A stretch of DNA of 63,654 nt, counting the filler, from Octopus bimaculoides (lineage: Eukaryota), in NCBI RefSeq assembly GCF_001194135.2. It is 6 parts of 6 records of this genome, joined end to end, with 100 filler letters (N's around TTAATTAATTAA, not from the genome) between each part and the next. Parts side by side here need not be neighbours in the genome. Positions count along the whole stretch, not along the records: positions 1 to 30,622 come from NC_068983.1; 5 more parts are not named here. One strand, 5' to 3'. Position 1 is the stretch's first letter; the number at the start of each line of letters is the position of its first letter. Of the stretch, positions 1-12,616 are shown one piece after another. The position numbers were made by a program, and so were the translations under genes. The notes beneath the pieces are model-generated. The model was given only the letters and a program-made list of their open reading frames with translations. It did not search any database and had not been told where the DNA came from.

Positions 1-350
1 GTGGCACATGAGATGCACCATTTTGAGCGTGGCCGTTGCCAGTACCGCCTGACTGGCTCCCGTAGGATTTTCGAGTGAGATCGTTGCCAGTGCCCCTGGG
101 CTGGCTTGTGCAGGTGGCACATAAAAGACACCATTTCGAGCATGGCCGTTTTTGTGCGGGTGACACGTAAAAGCACCCACTACACTCTCTGAGTGGTTGG
201 CGTTAGGAAGGGCATCCAGCTGTAGAAGCTCTGCCAAATTGGATTGGAGCCTGGTGTTGCCATCCGGTTTCACCAGTCCTCGGTCAAATCGTCCAACCCA
301 TGCTAGCATGGAAAGCAGACGTTAAACGATGATGATGATGATGATGATGA
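1..350 (+). mobile_element. 3' end of RTE-type retroposon with (GAT)n tail
   Basis: ...ccaacccatgctagcatggaaagcagacgttaaac(gat)n; the same sequence occurs reversed at 12885-13360. Confidence 0.75.
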
Positions 351-482
351 TATATAGTCACTATGAGGATATTTAGACCTCTTGTAAAGATATTTTTGTC
401 CAAGACATACTGATTTAATATATTGTGTTTTGAAGAGATATTTCTTCAATGAATATATGATATAGAATATCATAAAATATCA

Positions 483-932
483 AATATTATTATTAAGTCT
501 GAAAACAGAGAGATCCAATGGAAAGAAATTAATTTATTAATTAACATCTTTACCTACAATTGCTTCATTTCACTTCCAGTTTAAACTATAAAACATTTAT
601 TAATATATAATCTTGCATTTCAAAATATCTTAAGTGGAAAGTCATCAGGTTATAAAAAAGAATAATACAAGGATTACATTATGATCTGTTCGAATGTTCC
701 AATATACTAAGAATATATAAGCATATATATTCTTAGTATATTCAACAGATTTTAATGTAATCTTTGTATTGTCCTTTTTCAGGCCCTGATGATTTTCCAT
801 CCAAGGTATTTTGAAATGCAAGATTATATATTGATAAATGTTTTATAGTTTAAACTGGAAGTGAAATGAAGCAATTGTAGGTGAAGATGTGAAATAACTA
901 ATGAATTTGTATTCAAACTTAATAATAATATT
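483..932. mobile_element. Palindromic MITE / hairpin element (about 450 bp)
   Basis: Arms are reverse complements (acctacaattgcttcatttcacttccagtttaaactataaaacattta vs taaatgttttatagtttaaactggaagtgaaatgaagcaattgtaggt), centre near 720. Confidence 0.8.
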
Positions 933-1140
933 ATATATATATGTATACCAATGCACCTTTGATGCAAGTCTGATAAAGTGCCTCTCTAATGTTGAAAACT
1001 GCAAACATTACATAAATTTCACTTTGAATTTTTGTGTAAACTGGCATTGCAAGTAGTGTTGGTACAGAAACAATTGTAACACATCATTAAAGTGTTAAAA
1101 AATTTTCTTTGTCTTCTTATCATTTGCATTACATAATATA

Positions 1141-1221
<81 letters not shown>

Positions 1222-1229
1222 ATGTGCAT

Positions 1230-1470
1230 AAGTTTGTGTCTCCTTGTCTTGACATCATATGATAGTTGGAAAATGGCTGTCACTGCCATACATACCAGCA
1301 GTGTCATTCATTTCCAGTATTCCACAAGAACAAATCTGGCCATGGGGAAACATTACCTTGCTTAGAAACTGTGGGGCTTGACAACAGGAAAGGCATCTGT
1401 TCATAGAAAATCTGGTTCAATAAATTCATCCAACCCAAGCAAACACGGAAAAGTAGATGTTAAAATGATG
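1230..1470 (+). mobile_element. SINE-like element with RTE-type tail
   Basis: ccttgtcttgacatc...ccaacccaagcaaacacggaaaagtagatgttaaaatgatg; inverted copy at about 18050-18330. Confidence 0.6.
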
Positions 1471-1481
1471 ATATATATGTA

Positions 1482-2520
1482 TAGTAAAGTTTATTTGCCA
1501 GCATAACGTGGCAAGCCTGCATAGGACTATGTTACGACTTTTTAACTGCAGGAAAACATCTTTTCCAGCTGGTTATCAACACATGATCTGTGTCCAAAAT
1601 ATAATGTGATAAGAGAGCTTGCTACTCCTTTCTAGCCATTAGCAGTACCAGTAGACCAATGGTTTTTGGGTAATTTTCCATCGTCGGTACTGGACAACTG
1701 TCTGGCTAGAGACAGCAGCTACTCAACCTACTCACAACATACACTTATAGAAGCGACAGACAGTTACTGATTTCATAAGGAGAAAAACAATGAATTTTAA
1801 ATTTCTGAATGAGATCTATGTAGTATCTGTACTGTCTAGTAAAGTTTATTTACCAACATAATGTAGCAGGTCTGCATAGGACTATGTTACTACTTTTTCA
1901 CCCCAGGATCTGCTAGAAGGGTGTAATAGGCTCCATTATTCACAGTATGTCTTGAACACAGATCATGTGTTGATAACCAGCTGGAAAAGATGCTTTCCTG
2001 AGGTTAAAAAGTAGTAACATAGTCCTATGCAAGCCTGCCACGTTATGTTGGCAAATAAACTTTACAAGACAGTACTGTTACTACATAGAGCTACTACTAA
2101 ATTCAGAAATTTAAAACTCATTGTTTTTCTCCTTATGAGATCAGTGACTGTCTGTCACTTCTATAAGTATATATGGCAAGTATGGTCAAGTAGCTGCTGT
2201 CTGTAGCCAGGTGGTTGTCCAGTATAGACGACAGGAAGTTACTCGGAAACCACTAGTCTGCTCGTACTGTTAATGGCTAGGAATAGTAAGCTCCCTTACT
2301 CACAATATGTCTCAGATACAGATTATGTGTCAATAACCATCTGGAAAATTGTTTCATTTCACATCCAATTTAAACTACAAAATATATATAAATATATATA
2401 ACCCCCAGAAAAACATCTTTTCCAGCTGGTTATCGACACATGATCTGTGTCCAAAACATACTGTGAGTAAGAGAGCTTACTACTCCCTTCTAGCCATTAG
2501 CAGTACCAGCAGACCATTAG
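1482..2520. repeat. Foldback structure built from a 355-bp unit (direct and inverted copies)
   Basis: tagtaaagtttattt starts at 1482 and 1837; about 1940-2350 is the reverse complement of these units; about 2405-2520 is another direct partial copy. Confidence 0.85.
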
Positions 2521-2770
2521 CAGCACCAGCACACCAATATATACATATGTATCTCATGATATATATGTATATATACATATATATATATTCTTCTTTTCTT
2601 TTATTTATTTCAATCATTTGACTGTGGCCATGCTGGAGCACCACCTTTTAACCAAAGAAATCGATATATATTGTATGCACCTGGTACCTCAAATGTGGCA
2701 ACTCAGATTTTCCTGTGGTACATGTTAAGTGCATTTGAGGTAATTAACTAGGTTGATGCAATTAATGTAC

Positions 2771-2795
2771 CACATGAATCATTGATAGTTAATGG
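2771..2795 (-). CDS. Candidate 25-nt micro-exon (PLTINDSC + 1 nt) of the FRMPD-like gene
   Basis: Very strong acceptor ccccctttcctttttctcgtgttttcttttcAG; phase 0 matches the upstream exon; donor G|GTACAT is weak. Reading past the donor hits TAG. Confidence 0.45.
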
Positions 2796-3036
2796 CTGAA
2801 AAGAAAACACGAGAAAAAGGAAAGGGGGTGTAGCATAGCTCTACATTCTCATACGGGTTATTTCTTTATTTAAGAGGAATGGAATATGATTTGAAGAAGA
2901 TTTAACTGCTATTTCTGGCAGGTTATCTATAAGAACTCAGAGGTTTCCTCCTTATCTCTGAGAGAAAAAATACACAATCTTCACATATGTAGTAAAATAG
3001 AATTTAAAGAATTAGAGAACCAATATGGAAACTTAC

Positions 3037-3150
3037 ACTTATAACAGAAGTACCATTCACAGTGACAGCATCAGCAAAGCGAACCCTGGTAGGGTTGCTC
3101 CTTAAGCGGGCTTTCTTGGCAGGTGTTAAAAAAGCAGATCTTCGACCAGC
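3037..3150 (-). CDS. FRMPD4: Internal coding exon (phase 0/0, 38 aa AGRRSAFLTPAKKARLRSNPTRVRFADAVTVNGTSVIS) of a FERM- and PDZ-domain protein, FRMPD4/Preso-like
   Basis: Acceptor tttcttccAG (3151-3160, minus) and donor GTAAGT (3031-3036, minus); 114 nt open. Closely resembles the remembered FRMPD4 segment [29 protein letters not shown] between PDZ and FERM. Orthology among FRMPD1/3/4 is not resolvable. Confidence 0.88.
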
Positions 3151-3294
3151 CTGGAAGAAATAAGAAATGATGTATTTCATTAACACCAATGATAGACAAG
3201 TAACAACATGATACCAATATCTTATAAATGTAATTTATAACAGACATACATTTGTATCATAATTAATGTGTTTAAGTTGATGAGCAAGCAAAAC

Positions 3295-3730
3295 TGTTAG
3301 CACACCAGACAAAAATAGTTAATGGCATTTTGTTCATCTTCACATTCTGAGTTCAAATTCCATTGAGGTCAACTTTGCCTTTCATTCTTTCAGAGTCAAT
3401 AAAATAAGTACCAGTCAAGTACTGGAATTCATATAATTGACTCACCCCTCCCCTCAAAATCTGCTTGTCCTGTACCAAAATTTAAAAACATTATAGTTAA
3501 TGTTTGAGCGATATTGGACTGGCAGATTTGTTAAAAACTTAGAAAATATGCCTTGTGGTTTCTCTTGAAATGCTTTTTGCTCTGAGTTCAAATCCTCTGT
3601 GGTCAGCTTCACCTTTTTATCTTTCAGGGTTGATAAAATAAGGTACCAATAGATTGGTACTGGGAACATTGGTAACAAATAACTTCAATGACTCAAAACC
3701 TGCTGGCCTTGTGCTTAAACTAGAAACATT
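3295..3730 (+). mobile_element. Two tandem degenerate tRNA-derived SINEs (family B)
   Basis: gagttcaaattcc...gaggtcaactttgcctttcat...aataagtaccag motif occurs twice. Confidence 0.7.
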
Positions 3731-3779
3731 TGTAGCTAACATCTTTAACCATCAGTAATACATGAGAAACCAATTTTCT

Positions 3780-4100
3780 ACATTTGTGAAGGCCAAGGGA
3801 ATATGGTGACCAGGAAAGAAAACAGGACACATTCCACTAAACACACAGAAGCAGATTTATCTTAAAGTTCTTGTTTACTGACAAATAGTTTATTAAAAAT
3901 CTAACACTGCTATTCCTCAAACACAAAAGTTGCAGCAGGATTTCTATAAAATAGATAGAAAATCTAGGAATGTAACATTGGTACATGTAAAAGAATACAA
4001 AAGAGCTTTCGAAGCAATTTCTTTCAGGCATATAAGAAATGAAGACAACTTAAATATCAAACAACTAGAAGTCTGGGATAACTTTTGCTATTTAGGTAAT
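3780..4100 (+). mobile_element. Degenerate RTE LINE fragment
   Basis: caactagaagtctgggataacttttgctatttaggt resembles the RTE RT C-terminal motif (LEVVDxFCYLG). Confidence 0.45.
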
Positions 4101-4139
4101 AATTAATATCAATAAAGGGTAAGGGAAAGAGTAAAAAAA

Positions 4140-4460
4140 CCCATCAGTCATGAATGACCATGGGATTGCACTAAGAAAGTTACCCTCCAAGGGAAAAATT
4201 CAGGCAAGGTTGTTTATGGAAGACCAGCTGTCACCAATTCATACCAGTCTCCCCTCTCCATTCCACCAATGTTATCCAAGGGAAAGCAAAAGGCTGATAC
4301 AGCTTGGCACCAGTGATGTCACAACTCATTTCTACAGCTGAGTAAACTGGAGCAACATGAAATAAAGTATCTTGCTCAAGAACACAAGACACAGCCTGGT
4401 CCAGGAATTGAACTTACTACCTCATGATTGTGAGCCATGCACCTTTACTTATATCAACCA
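4140..4460 (-). mobile_element. tRNA-derived SINE (head H1, tail with cagtcatgaatgaccatggg)
   Basis: Co-linear copy at 10785-11110; tRNA-like head with A/B boxes on the minus strand. Confidence 0.7.
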
Positions 4461-5216
4461 CTAAGCCATGCACCTTCACTTATATCAATACTGGACATAA
4501 TTCTAGTAAAAGTTTAGTAATGTAAGAAAACGCAAGATAGATCAGAGCAGTTATGCAAAATTGGTTAATTGCATAAGAATTCTAATAACCGAGTTTATGT
4601 AGTTAAAGGAAATCAACTCTATAGTTTATCAGCAGTAGCATCTTATAAACACTTTTCATGTTGGCATGGGTTGGAAGAATGAGCATTGTCTGTGTCAGTT
4701 CTTATATAATGTTGTTGCTTTTTATCTCACTCATATCTTCTAATTTTGACATGGTTTCTGTGGCTAGATGTGCTTCCTAAGATCAAAAGTTTGGGGAAGT
4801 GTACTAGGTGTATTTTATGAAGACATCAGCTTGGGTAAAGTTGTTTTGAACCCCACAAAACTAAAGTTCCTTTTCCATTTATTCAAGCAATATGAGCAAG
4901 ATAAATAGAAGGCAATGATAGAAAATTAACTAGGGCAAGAAGATGAAAAGAAGTTGGATGGGAGAGCAGGGCTGCTGGAATAAAAGGGAGGCAGCAGATC
5001 CTGTAATGGAAGAGAGGCAGTGATGGCAACTACATGTTTACTGGTAATATACATGCACACACATATACATATATACATACTTACAAACACACACCCATGA
5101 AGTGAGAGCGATGAATATGCATACATGCATACATACATATATATATACAGAGAGAGAGGGGGAATTATATATATATATAAATATATATATCACTTTTACT
5201 TTCTCTCTCTCTCTCC

Positions 5217-5303
<87 letters not shown>

Positions 5304-6639
5304 CATTTTTACAATTGTTAACTTTCTATTTATTCTGTGTCTAAGAAACTAAAATCTAAATAAATCACTTCATTATTTATAGAAAAAGCCTAGAAAAGTG
5401 ACAGGTAGCATCCGACTAACAAAGAAAACTGCACGTGAGTGAAATGCAAGTGTGTGTGTGTGTGATCATCATTAAGTATTTACTTTCCATAGTAGCATAG
5501 GATATGTGGTTCAAATTATTTTTTATTCGGAATTATTGACCTGCTAGAAGAGTCATGAACATCTCACTCATACATTTTATTTGAAACTATTTTTACTCTG
5601 TGTGATCGATAGATTTTATTGTGGCACCAACACTAGAGAGGTTGTCATGACTTCAGCAAAACTGAAGAGTTCTCTTTATGTTACACTGTCTCTGTTCAAT
5701 CATCAAATATTTTATGGAGTGTGCAGCATATATTTTATCATGACATCAATACTAGAAGCTACTTTGAGTGTAAACACACACACATACAACAGACAACTAT
5801 TCAGAAATATGTGTTTATATATTTTTTATGAGGTAGTATTCATGAAGTTTCTTGTGCTTTGCATTGCATCAATGACCTAATATTCATTCATGGTGGTGAC
5901 TTTATATTTGACAGGAATGATATGTTAGTGTATAGAGTGGAATAAAATAGGTAGTTACTGATATATTCAAAGTTTAGTTGGTGTGCATTCTAACTTAGTG
6001 ACATGTCAATAGGAACTCAATGATACATAATATATCTATTTCAATACAGTGTCTTGTAATTTAAAATTTTTAGGATCTGACTTCTGCCTTGCTGAAATAA
6101 GATATACGACTACAGCCTAGTAAATACTGAAGTAGTTTAACAGCCATTACAGCTAAGTTGTCATATGTTAAATTAAAGGAGATAAATATACAAGTAGGTA
6201 ATAGCAACTTGTGATTTAATAAATGTATTTATAAGCCTCGGGGGAAAAAAATTAAAAAAATTTTAAATGCATAAATAATCTAGATGCTTGTGTTGTCAAA
6301 ACTGGAGAAGAATTTCAATACTGATTTTTAATAAATAAAATAAACAAACTAAGTAAATCAATTCAGACACAAACCATTAAAAAAAAAAATCACCAATCAC
6401 CAGAGCTATCATGGCTGCTCTCTTTCAAGACTTTTTGATATAGAACTTATATAAAACAATAAATATTTTTCATCATAACATTCCAGTCAGGCAATATTTT
6501 AAATAACTAACATGTGTATGATAGTGTAAAGTTCCGTGAACATGTTTATGTGTGTATATGTGCATGTATATGTGTGCATACACAAACATACCTACACACA
6601 CACATATATATATATGAACTCTGTGTGTGTGTGTGTGTG

Positions 6640-6822
6640 TGTAGGCGCAGGTGTGAGTGTGTGGTAAAAAAGCTTGCTTCCCAACCACATGATTCCAGGT
6701 TTGGTCCCACTGCATGGCACCTTGGGCAAGTGTCTTATACTATAGCATTGGACTGACCAAAGCCTTGTGAATGGATTTGGTAGAAGGAAACTGGAAGAAG
6801 CCTGTCATATAATATATATATC

Positions 6823-6856
<34 letters not shown>

Positions 6857-7110
6857 TGTATGTATGTATATCTTTATGTGTGTGTCTGTGTTTGCTTACC
6901 CCATCACTTGATCTCATCGCTCACCTCATCGCTTGGCAACCGTGTTTACATCCTTGTAACTTAGCAGTTCAGCAAAAGAAACTGATAGAATTAGAACTAG
7001 GCTTACAAAGAATAAGTCTTAAGGTTGATTTCTTTGACTAAAGACCCTTTAAGGTGGTGCACCAGCATGGCTGCAATCAAATGACTGAAACAAGTAAAAA
7101 AAATAAAAGA
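6640..7110 (+). mobile_element. tRNA-derived SINE family A with internal (TATG)n
   Basis: Head gtggtaaaaaagcttgcttcccaaccacatg...caccttgggcaagtgtc; tail ccagcatggctgcaatcaaatgactgaaacaagtaaaa. Confidence 0.85.
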
Positions 7111-7284
7111 ATACAACTCTATGTTTTTGTATATTGATCTGCAGAGCTGCTGGATGTATTTGTTAAAGTGAGACATAAAGAAATATTACTATTGCCCAAG
7201 TAGAGCCAGTGGAAAAACACACACAGACAAACACACACACACACACACACACATACACACACACACACGCGCACACATAATTCT

Positions 7285-7745
7285 TGCACTATAGGTGCAA
7301 GGCCTGAAATTTTTGGGGAAGAGGTAGTCAATTACATCGACCCCAGTATTTGACTGATACTTATTTCATTGACCCCAAAAAGGATGAAAAACAAAGTTGA
7401 CCTTTGTAGAATTTGAACATGGAATGGATGATATTCCGCTAAGTATTTTGTCCTCTGTGCTAATAATTCTGCAAGCTTACCACTTTCCACACTCTTCTAA
7501 TAATAATAATAATAATAATAATAATCCTTTCTATTATAGGCACAAGGCCTGAAATTTTAGAAGCAGGGGCTTGTCAATTACAATGATCCCCAGTGCATAA
7601 CTGGTACTTATTTCGAGGACCCTGAAAGGATGAAAGGCAAAGTCGACCTCAGCGGAATTTGAACTCAGAACATAGCAACAGACAAAATACCAGGAAGCAT
7701 TTTTCCCAGCAAGCTAACAATTTTGCCAGCTCACCAAGTGGGATG
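7285..7745 (-). mobile_element. Two tandem family B SINEs separated by (TAA)n tail
   Basis: gcacaaggcctgaaatttt...aaagttgacct/aaagtcgacctc repeated; further copies at 8280-8455 and 29870-30070. Confidence 0.8.
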
Positions 7746-7959
7746 GGCTACTTGACCTGAAGAAAAATTCTAATTAGACCTCACCTGCAAGGTCATGCAC
7801 TGTTTATCTTGATATGAGATGACCATGTTGCACACATATGGTTGTGATGCATGTGCCTGGTGTACCCTTATCAGAAGAGTAGTCATGAAGGGTATACTGG
7901 GCTTCGTATATTTTATCCCAGTGTCACTTTGATGACATGCAGTCATCTCACTCAATAAT

Positions 7960-8262
7960 AATAATAATAATATTTTTTTTATTTATGCACCCTTCTGGTT
8001 TCCCAGTTTCTATGGCATATGTGTTCCCCCCATCTGGACGGGATGCCAGTCCATTGCTGCATTACTCCAGAAACAGGAAGAAAGAGTGAGAGAAAGTTGG
8101 GGTGAAAAAGTACAACAGGGGTCATCACCACACCCTGCCAGAGCCTAGTGGAGCTTTAGGTCTTTTCACTCATTGACACACACAACGCCCAGTCTGGGAA
8201 TCAAAACCACGATCCTCCGACTATGAGTCCATTGCCCTAACCATTGAGCCATTGCGCCTCCA
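7960..8262 (-). mobile_element. tRNA-derived SINE (head H2)
   Basis: Shares ...ctgggaatcaaaaccacgatcct...gccattgcgcctcc with 28270-28452 but has a different tail. Confidence 0.7.
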
Positions 8263-8779
8263 ATAATGATAATAATAATAATCCTTTCTACTATAGATAT
8301 ATGTTCTGAAATTTAGGTAGATTGGGATAGTCGGTTATATCAACCCAGTACTCAACTGGTACTTATTTCATTGACCCTAAAAGGATAAAAGCAAAGTTGA
8401 CCTGGGCAAAATTTGAACTCGGTATGCTAACAATTCTGTTAGCTTTCCACCTTTCACCCACACATTGTAATACTAATCTTTAACTGGCTTCATTCACTTT
8501 ACAATTTGCTTTGATTCTTAGACATCATTCTGAAGAGTATTTATTAAGCTCTTTGGCATCTCTTAGATGTCATTTTGATCAAATAAATAAGAAAAAAAAA
8601 AACCCTTTATCTCTATATTGGTTGTGTATTGAATACATTCTATATAACAGTGGATATTTCTATTTCGACCGATTTTTCTCACATCGTTACCATATACAAT
8701 ATATGCATTCACACACATTTATTTATATACATGTATTTGCATATACACATACACACACATATAAGTATATAAAAAAAAA

Positions 8780-9090
8780 GCTGGCACTCCATCGATCGTT
8801 ACAGCAAGGGCTGCAGTTGATCCGATGGACAGAACAACTTGTGAAATTAATGTACAAGTGACTGACACTCCACAGACACATGTACCCTTAACATAGTTCT
8901 CAGTGTGATACAGAATGTGACAATGTTGGCCCTTTGAAATACAAGTATTACTTATTGTTGCCAGCAGAGTGAACCTTGAGTAACATGAAATAAAGTGTTT
9001 GGCTCAAGGACACAATGCATCGCCAGGAATTGAACTCATGACCTTGCAATCCTGAACCAAATACCCTAACCACTAAGCCAAGTGCCTTCA
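8780..9090 (-). mobile_element. tRNA-derived SINE (head H1 plus tail C), CpG-decayed
   Basis: ggcactcc...gtgaaattaatgtacaag...acacatgtacccttaacatagttctc; relatives at 28070, 43330 and 58985. Confidence 0.75.
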
Positions 9091-9379
9091 CAAACAGACA
9101 CACACGCACGAACACACACGTGTGTGCATTTGTGCGTGAATGGATGTATGTATTTTCTACAGAAATTGTTGACTATAATTAGAAATAACTGATTTGTCTA
9201 TTCACCTCCATCTTTTAGGAAAAGAAAAACACAGAAAACAAGAAAAAAAAAAGAAAAACAAACGAAAACCAAAACGAAAATATCACCTGCAAGGTGAATA
9301 ATTCTGTAAAGAAATAGAACAGTTCATTGTTTGAAAGGCTAAATATAAACACTTCCTTGACAATATATTGTTTATCTTA

Positions 9380-9790
9380 GGTTCTCTACTTGTTTCAGTC
9401 AGAAGACAGTGGCCATGCTGGGGAACCACATTGAAGAATTTTAAATAAAGGAATCAAACTCGGTACTCATTATTTTTTCTTTTGTATTTTTTGTCTTTGA
9501 AGCGTCGTACTTTTTCTATCGGATACTTTTGCCAGACTGCTAAGTTGCAGGGACGTAAATACAATAACACCATTTGTTAAGCAGTGGAAGTAGACATCCT
9601 CGGACACACACATACACACATATACACAAAGGGCTTCTTTCACTTTCTGTCTACATTATCCACTCACAAGGCTTTGGTCGGGCCTGAGGCTATAGTTGAA
9701 GACATTTGCACAAGATGCTACACAGTGGGACTGATCCTGCAACCATGTGGTTGGGAAGCAAATTTTATATTACACAGCCATGCCTCCACC
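9380..9790 (-). mobile_element. SINE family A
   Basis: Reverse-complement tail gtttcagtc...ggccatgctgg and head ccactcacaaggctttggtc...accatgtggttgggaagc. Confidence 0.75.
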
Positions 9791-9894
9791 TAAATGTGGA
9801 TACATTAGTAACTAAGAAAGATGTTATAGAAACAAGAATATCCTCAATTTCCAGCTTTGATGTTATTCTACAAATAATATTGATCGGTCTAATA

Positions 9895-9935
<41 letters not shown>

Positions 9936-10149
9936 GTATAAGTAGCTATCTAAACCTTAGGTATACACCAGGTAGCATGCCAATTAAAGCACTTTCACTG
10001 TCTGTGGCTACCTGATGTCATCCACAGTATTGAAATAAATCCTTGTCGATACACCTCAGGAATTCCTCAGTGTCTGTTGAGCATGTAACAAAAGAGAGAA
10101 ACAGAAACTGGAATTCACAAGATTGTTTATTAATAAAGAATCTCATGAA

Positions 10150-12240
10150 TTCTAGTCTTTGTTTCTTTCATTTGTTATATAATATCTTTTGTGTACAAAC
10201 ATATGCATGACTACTGTTATGAGTAGCGCTCAATGTAGATTATCACTGACCTGTCTACTTCCAGCATAATTATGATGTACAGAACAAATGTAGGACAAAT
10301 TACAATAGCCACATGCTTATATTATTTGTCTCTATCTACATTTCCCCACTGTGGTGTAAAACGAAGTATACCAATCATTATTAGAATCTATAATGTAGGC
10401 GAAGAAGCTGAAGGTCGCAAAACTGTTGTCTAAGGTATCTTCTTTCTCTTTGATTGTCAGGTGGATGATTACATTGGCTAATTTTTATGATGGAACATAC
10501 TTATTCTTGTCTGTCCCAAGCAAAAATATCAGGCTTATCATTTTAGTCCTTGATGGAAGATTTGATGGCAATGTTCCACCAATGTTTCTAGCATTTATGT
10601 TTATATATATATTCAATAACAAGAACAATCTCTACATTTATCCCAAGTAGCCTTTATCTTAATTTTGGATGGCATTGTATATTGTATTAGCAACAATGTT
10701 ATGTAATATTGGGAAACAGTATTTTGGTGACATTTTGGGGTAGCTGCCAATCACGTGTCTGATGTTTTCCACAAAAAAGAGTAAAGGCTCCCTTCAGTCA
10801 TGAATGACCATGGGATTGCACCTAGAAAGTTTCCCCCCAAGACAGAAATTCAGACAAGGTTGTTTGTGGAAGACCAGCAGTCACCCAAGCATACCAGCAT
10901 CCCCTCCCCATACCACAGATGTTATGAAAGGTAAAGGCAAAGGCTGATACAGCTTGGCACCAGTGATGTTGAAACTAAGTTCTACAGCAGAGCAAAGTGG
11001 AGCAACATGAAGTAAAGCTTTTTGTTCAAGGAAACAATGTGCCATCAGGAATTGAACTCATGACCTTACAATCATGAGCCAAATGCCCTACCACTAAGCC
11101 ATGTGCCTTCAGAGTGTACTGGAGCAACGGGAAATAAAGTACCTTGCTCAAGAACACAACACACATCCCCATCCAGGAATCAAACTCACTACCTCATGAT
11201 TGTGAGTCCGATGCTCTAACCACTGAGCCATCCACCTTCACACACGTCATCCTCAAAACTCTAACACAATCAACATTTTCAGTACATTTTAGAGTTCTCA
11301 GGGATACACTGTCTCTTTTGTTTATAAGGTATTTTATAGCAATCTCTTGTTCATGAATTGCAAATTCATAGTCTCCCAAGTGTAACAGTCAGGAGTCCAA
11401 AAAAAGACTGCTTGTCATGCCAATATTAGTGTTGCTATTAGTCAGCATATCTATATTACTTTTGGTATGCTGAACATTTTACATCCAGGCTTTCTAGGAA
11501 GCATGTTAGTCCAGCTATTTTGGAATTATGTGGGAATTTATTGGGAAGACATTACTTCCAGAGGATCTCACTGCTGAGATATACAAAACAGCTCTCTTTG
11601 CATATCAGCACTAAGTGTATATATTTATCTTTGTTGCTTTTGTTTGGTTGATGCTGTCTGAGAGATACTATATACTACTCAAAAACTACCTGCACTGATC
11701 TCAAGCCTCTACCTTCATCTGTTCTTAGGAAAAGCCTGTCAAAATCACTGTTTCTGTGGAAGTTTCCAGTTAATGTCAAAATCATGTGGATTTTAATTTC
11801 TTTGGGATGGATTTCTCCTACAGACCAACTGAGTATCCTAAATGTTGGTGTCAGAACTGGTCTTGCAAATGCATTGTTATATATTGTTTTTCTGGCTGCC
11901 CCACTTTTATAAATCTGGGTAATACTCTCAGGCCACTCTACTTTTGTTCACAGAACCTTCATATAATGTTTTCATCAATGCATACATATTTGTAACATTG
12001 TGTAGATCAGGAGATTTAGAGTGACTGTTGATGCATAAATGAGACTGATTTTCTACATTCAGTAATCAAATATGAAGATTTCTTTTGGCCAAATTCCATT
12101 CCTATATCAGCTGAAAGTGTTGTAGTTAAATCCAGCTATGTTTTTTTTTTGGCATCATAAACATTTTCAGTATTGATCTTCAGGTCATCCAGAAAGAAAT
12201 TATGGGTTACATTAATATCTCCAGTAATTGCAGGCCCCAG
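10150..12240 (-). mobile_element. 5'-truncated R4/Dong-like non-LTR retrotransposon relic (RT plus restriction-like endonuclease), interrupted by SINEs at 10785-11240
   Basis: Minus-strand translations: VTHNFFLDDLKIN (about 12171-12210), LSADIGMEFGQK (about 12083-12117), ENIRHVIGSYP (about 10740-10772), HWWN...NDKPDIFAWD (about 10510-10585), IKEKED. These match remembered R4/Dong motifs; stops and frameshifts are present. Confidence 0.72.
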
Positions 12241-12577
12241 CATGTAGCATCAGATTTATTTGCATGTATGCATGATGTGTGTGTGTATGTGTGTGTGTGT
12301 GTGTGTGTACACACATAAATGCCTAATAATGATAATATACATATATTCCTTTTTTGCCTTTGTAGTTTGTGTGTATTATTGTTTTTGGAAGTCGTATTTT
12401 AGTAGAGAAATAGTAGTTTTGGCTGCTATTTCTAATTTTCGGTGTGGTGAAGCAATACTTGCTGAACCCTAAATTTTAAATTGTGTTTATATATTTACCG
12501 ATAATGGCTTTTAACACACCAACTACTTGGTAAAATTACTAATTATCAATTAAGTATTCATTTTTACCCTATATCTG

Positions 12578-12609
<32 letters not shown>

Positions 12610-12616
<7 letters not shown>

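Noticed and set aside
7119-7230. ORF segment GNSNISLCLTLTNTSSSS as the end of the PDZ domain
   Set aside because: No suitable acceptor or donor; lies between two SINEs.
9270-9315. Minus-strand HLAGDIF after a tttacAG acceptor, as a possible PDZ exon
   Set aside because: Runs into T-rich low-complexity sequence; no other PDZ residues.
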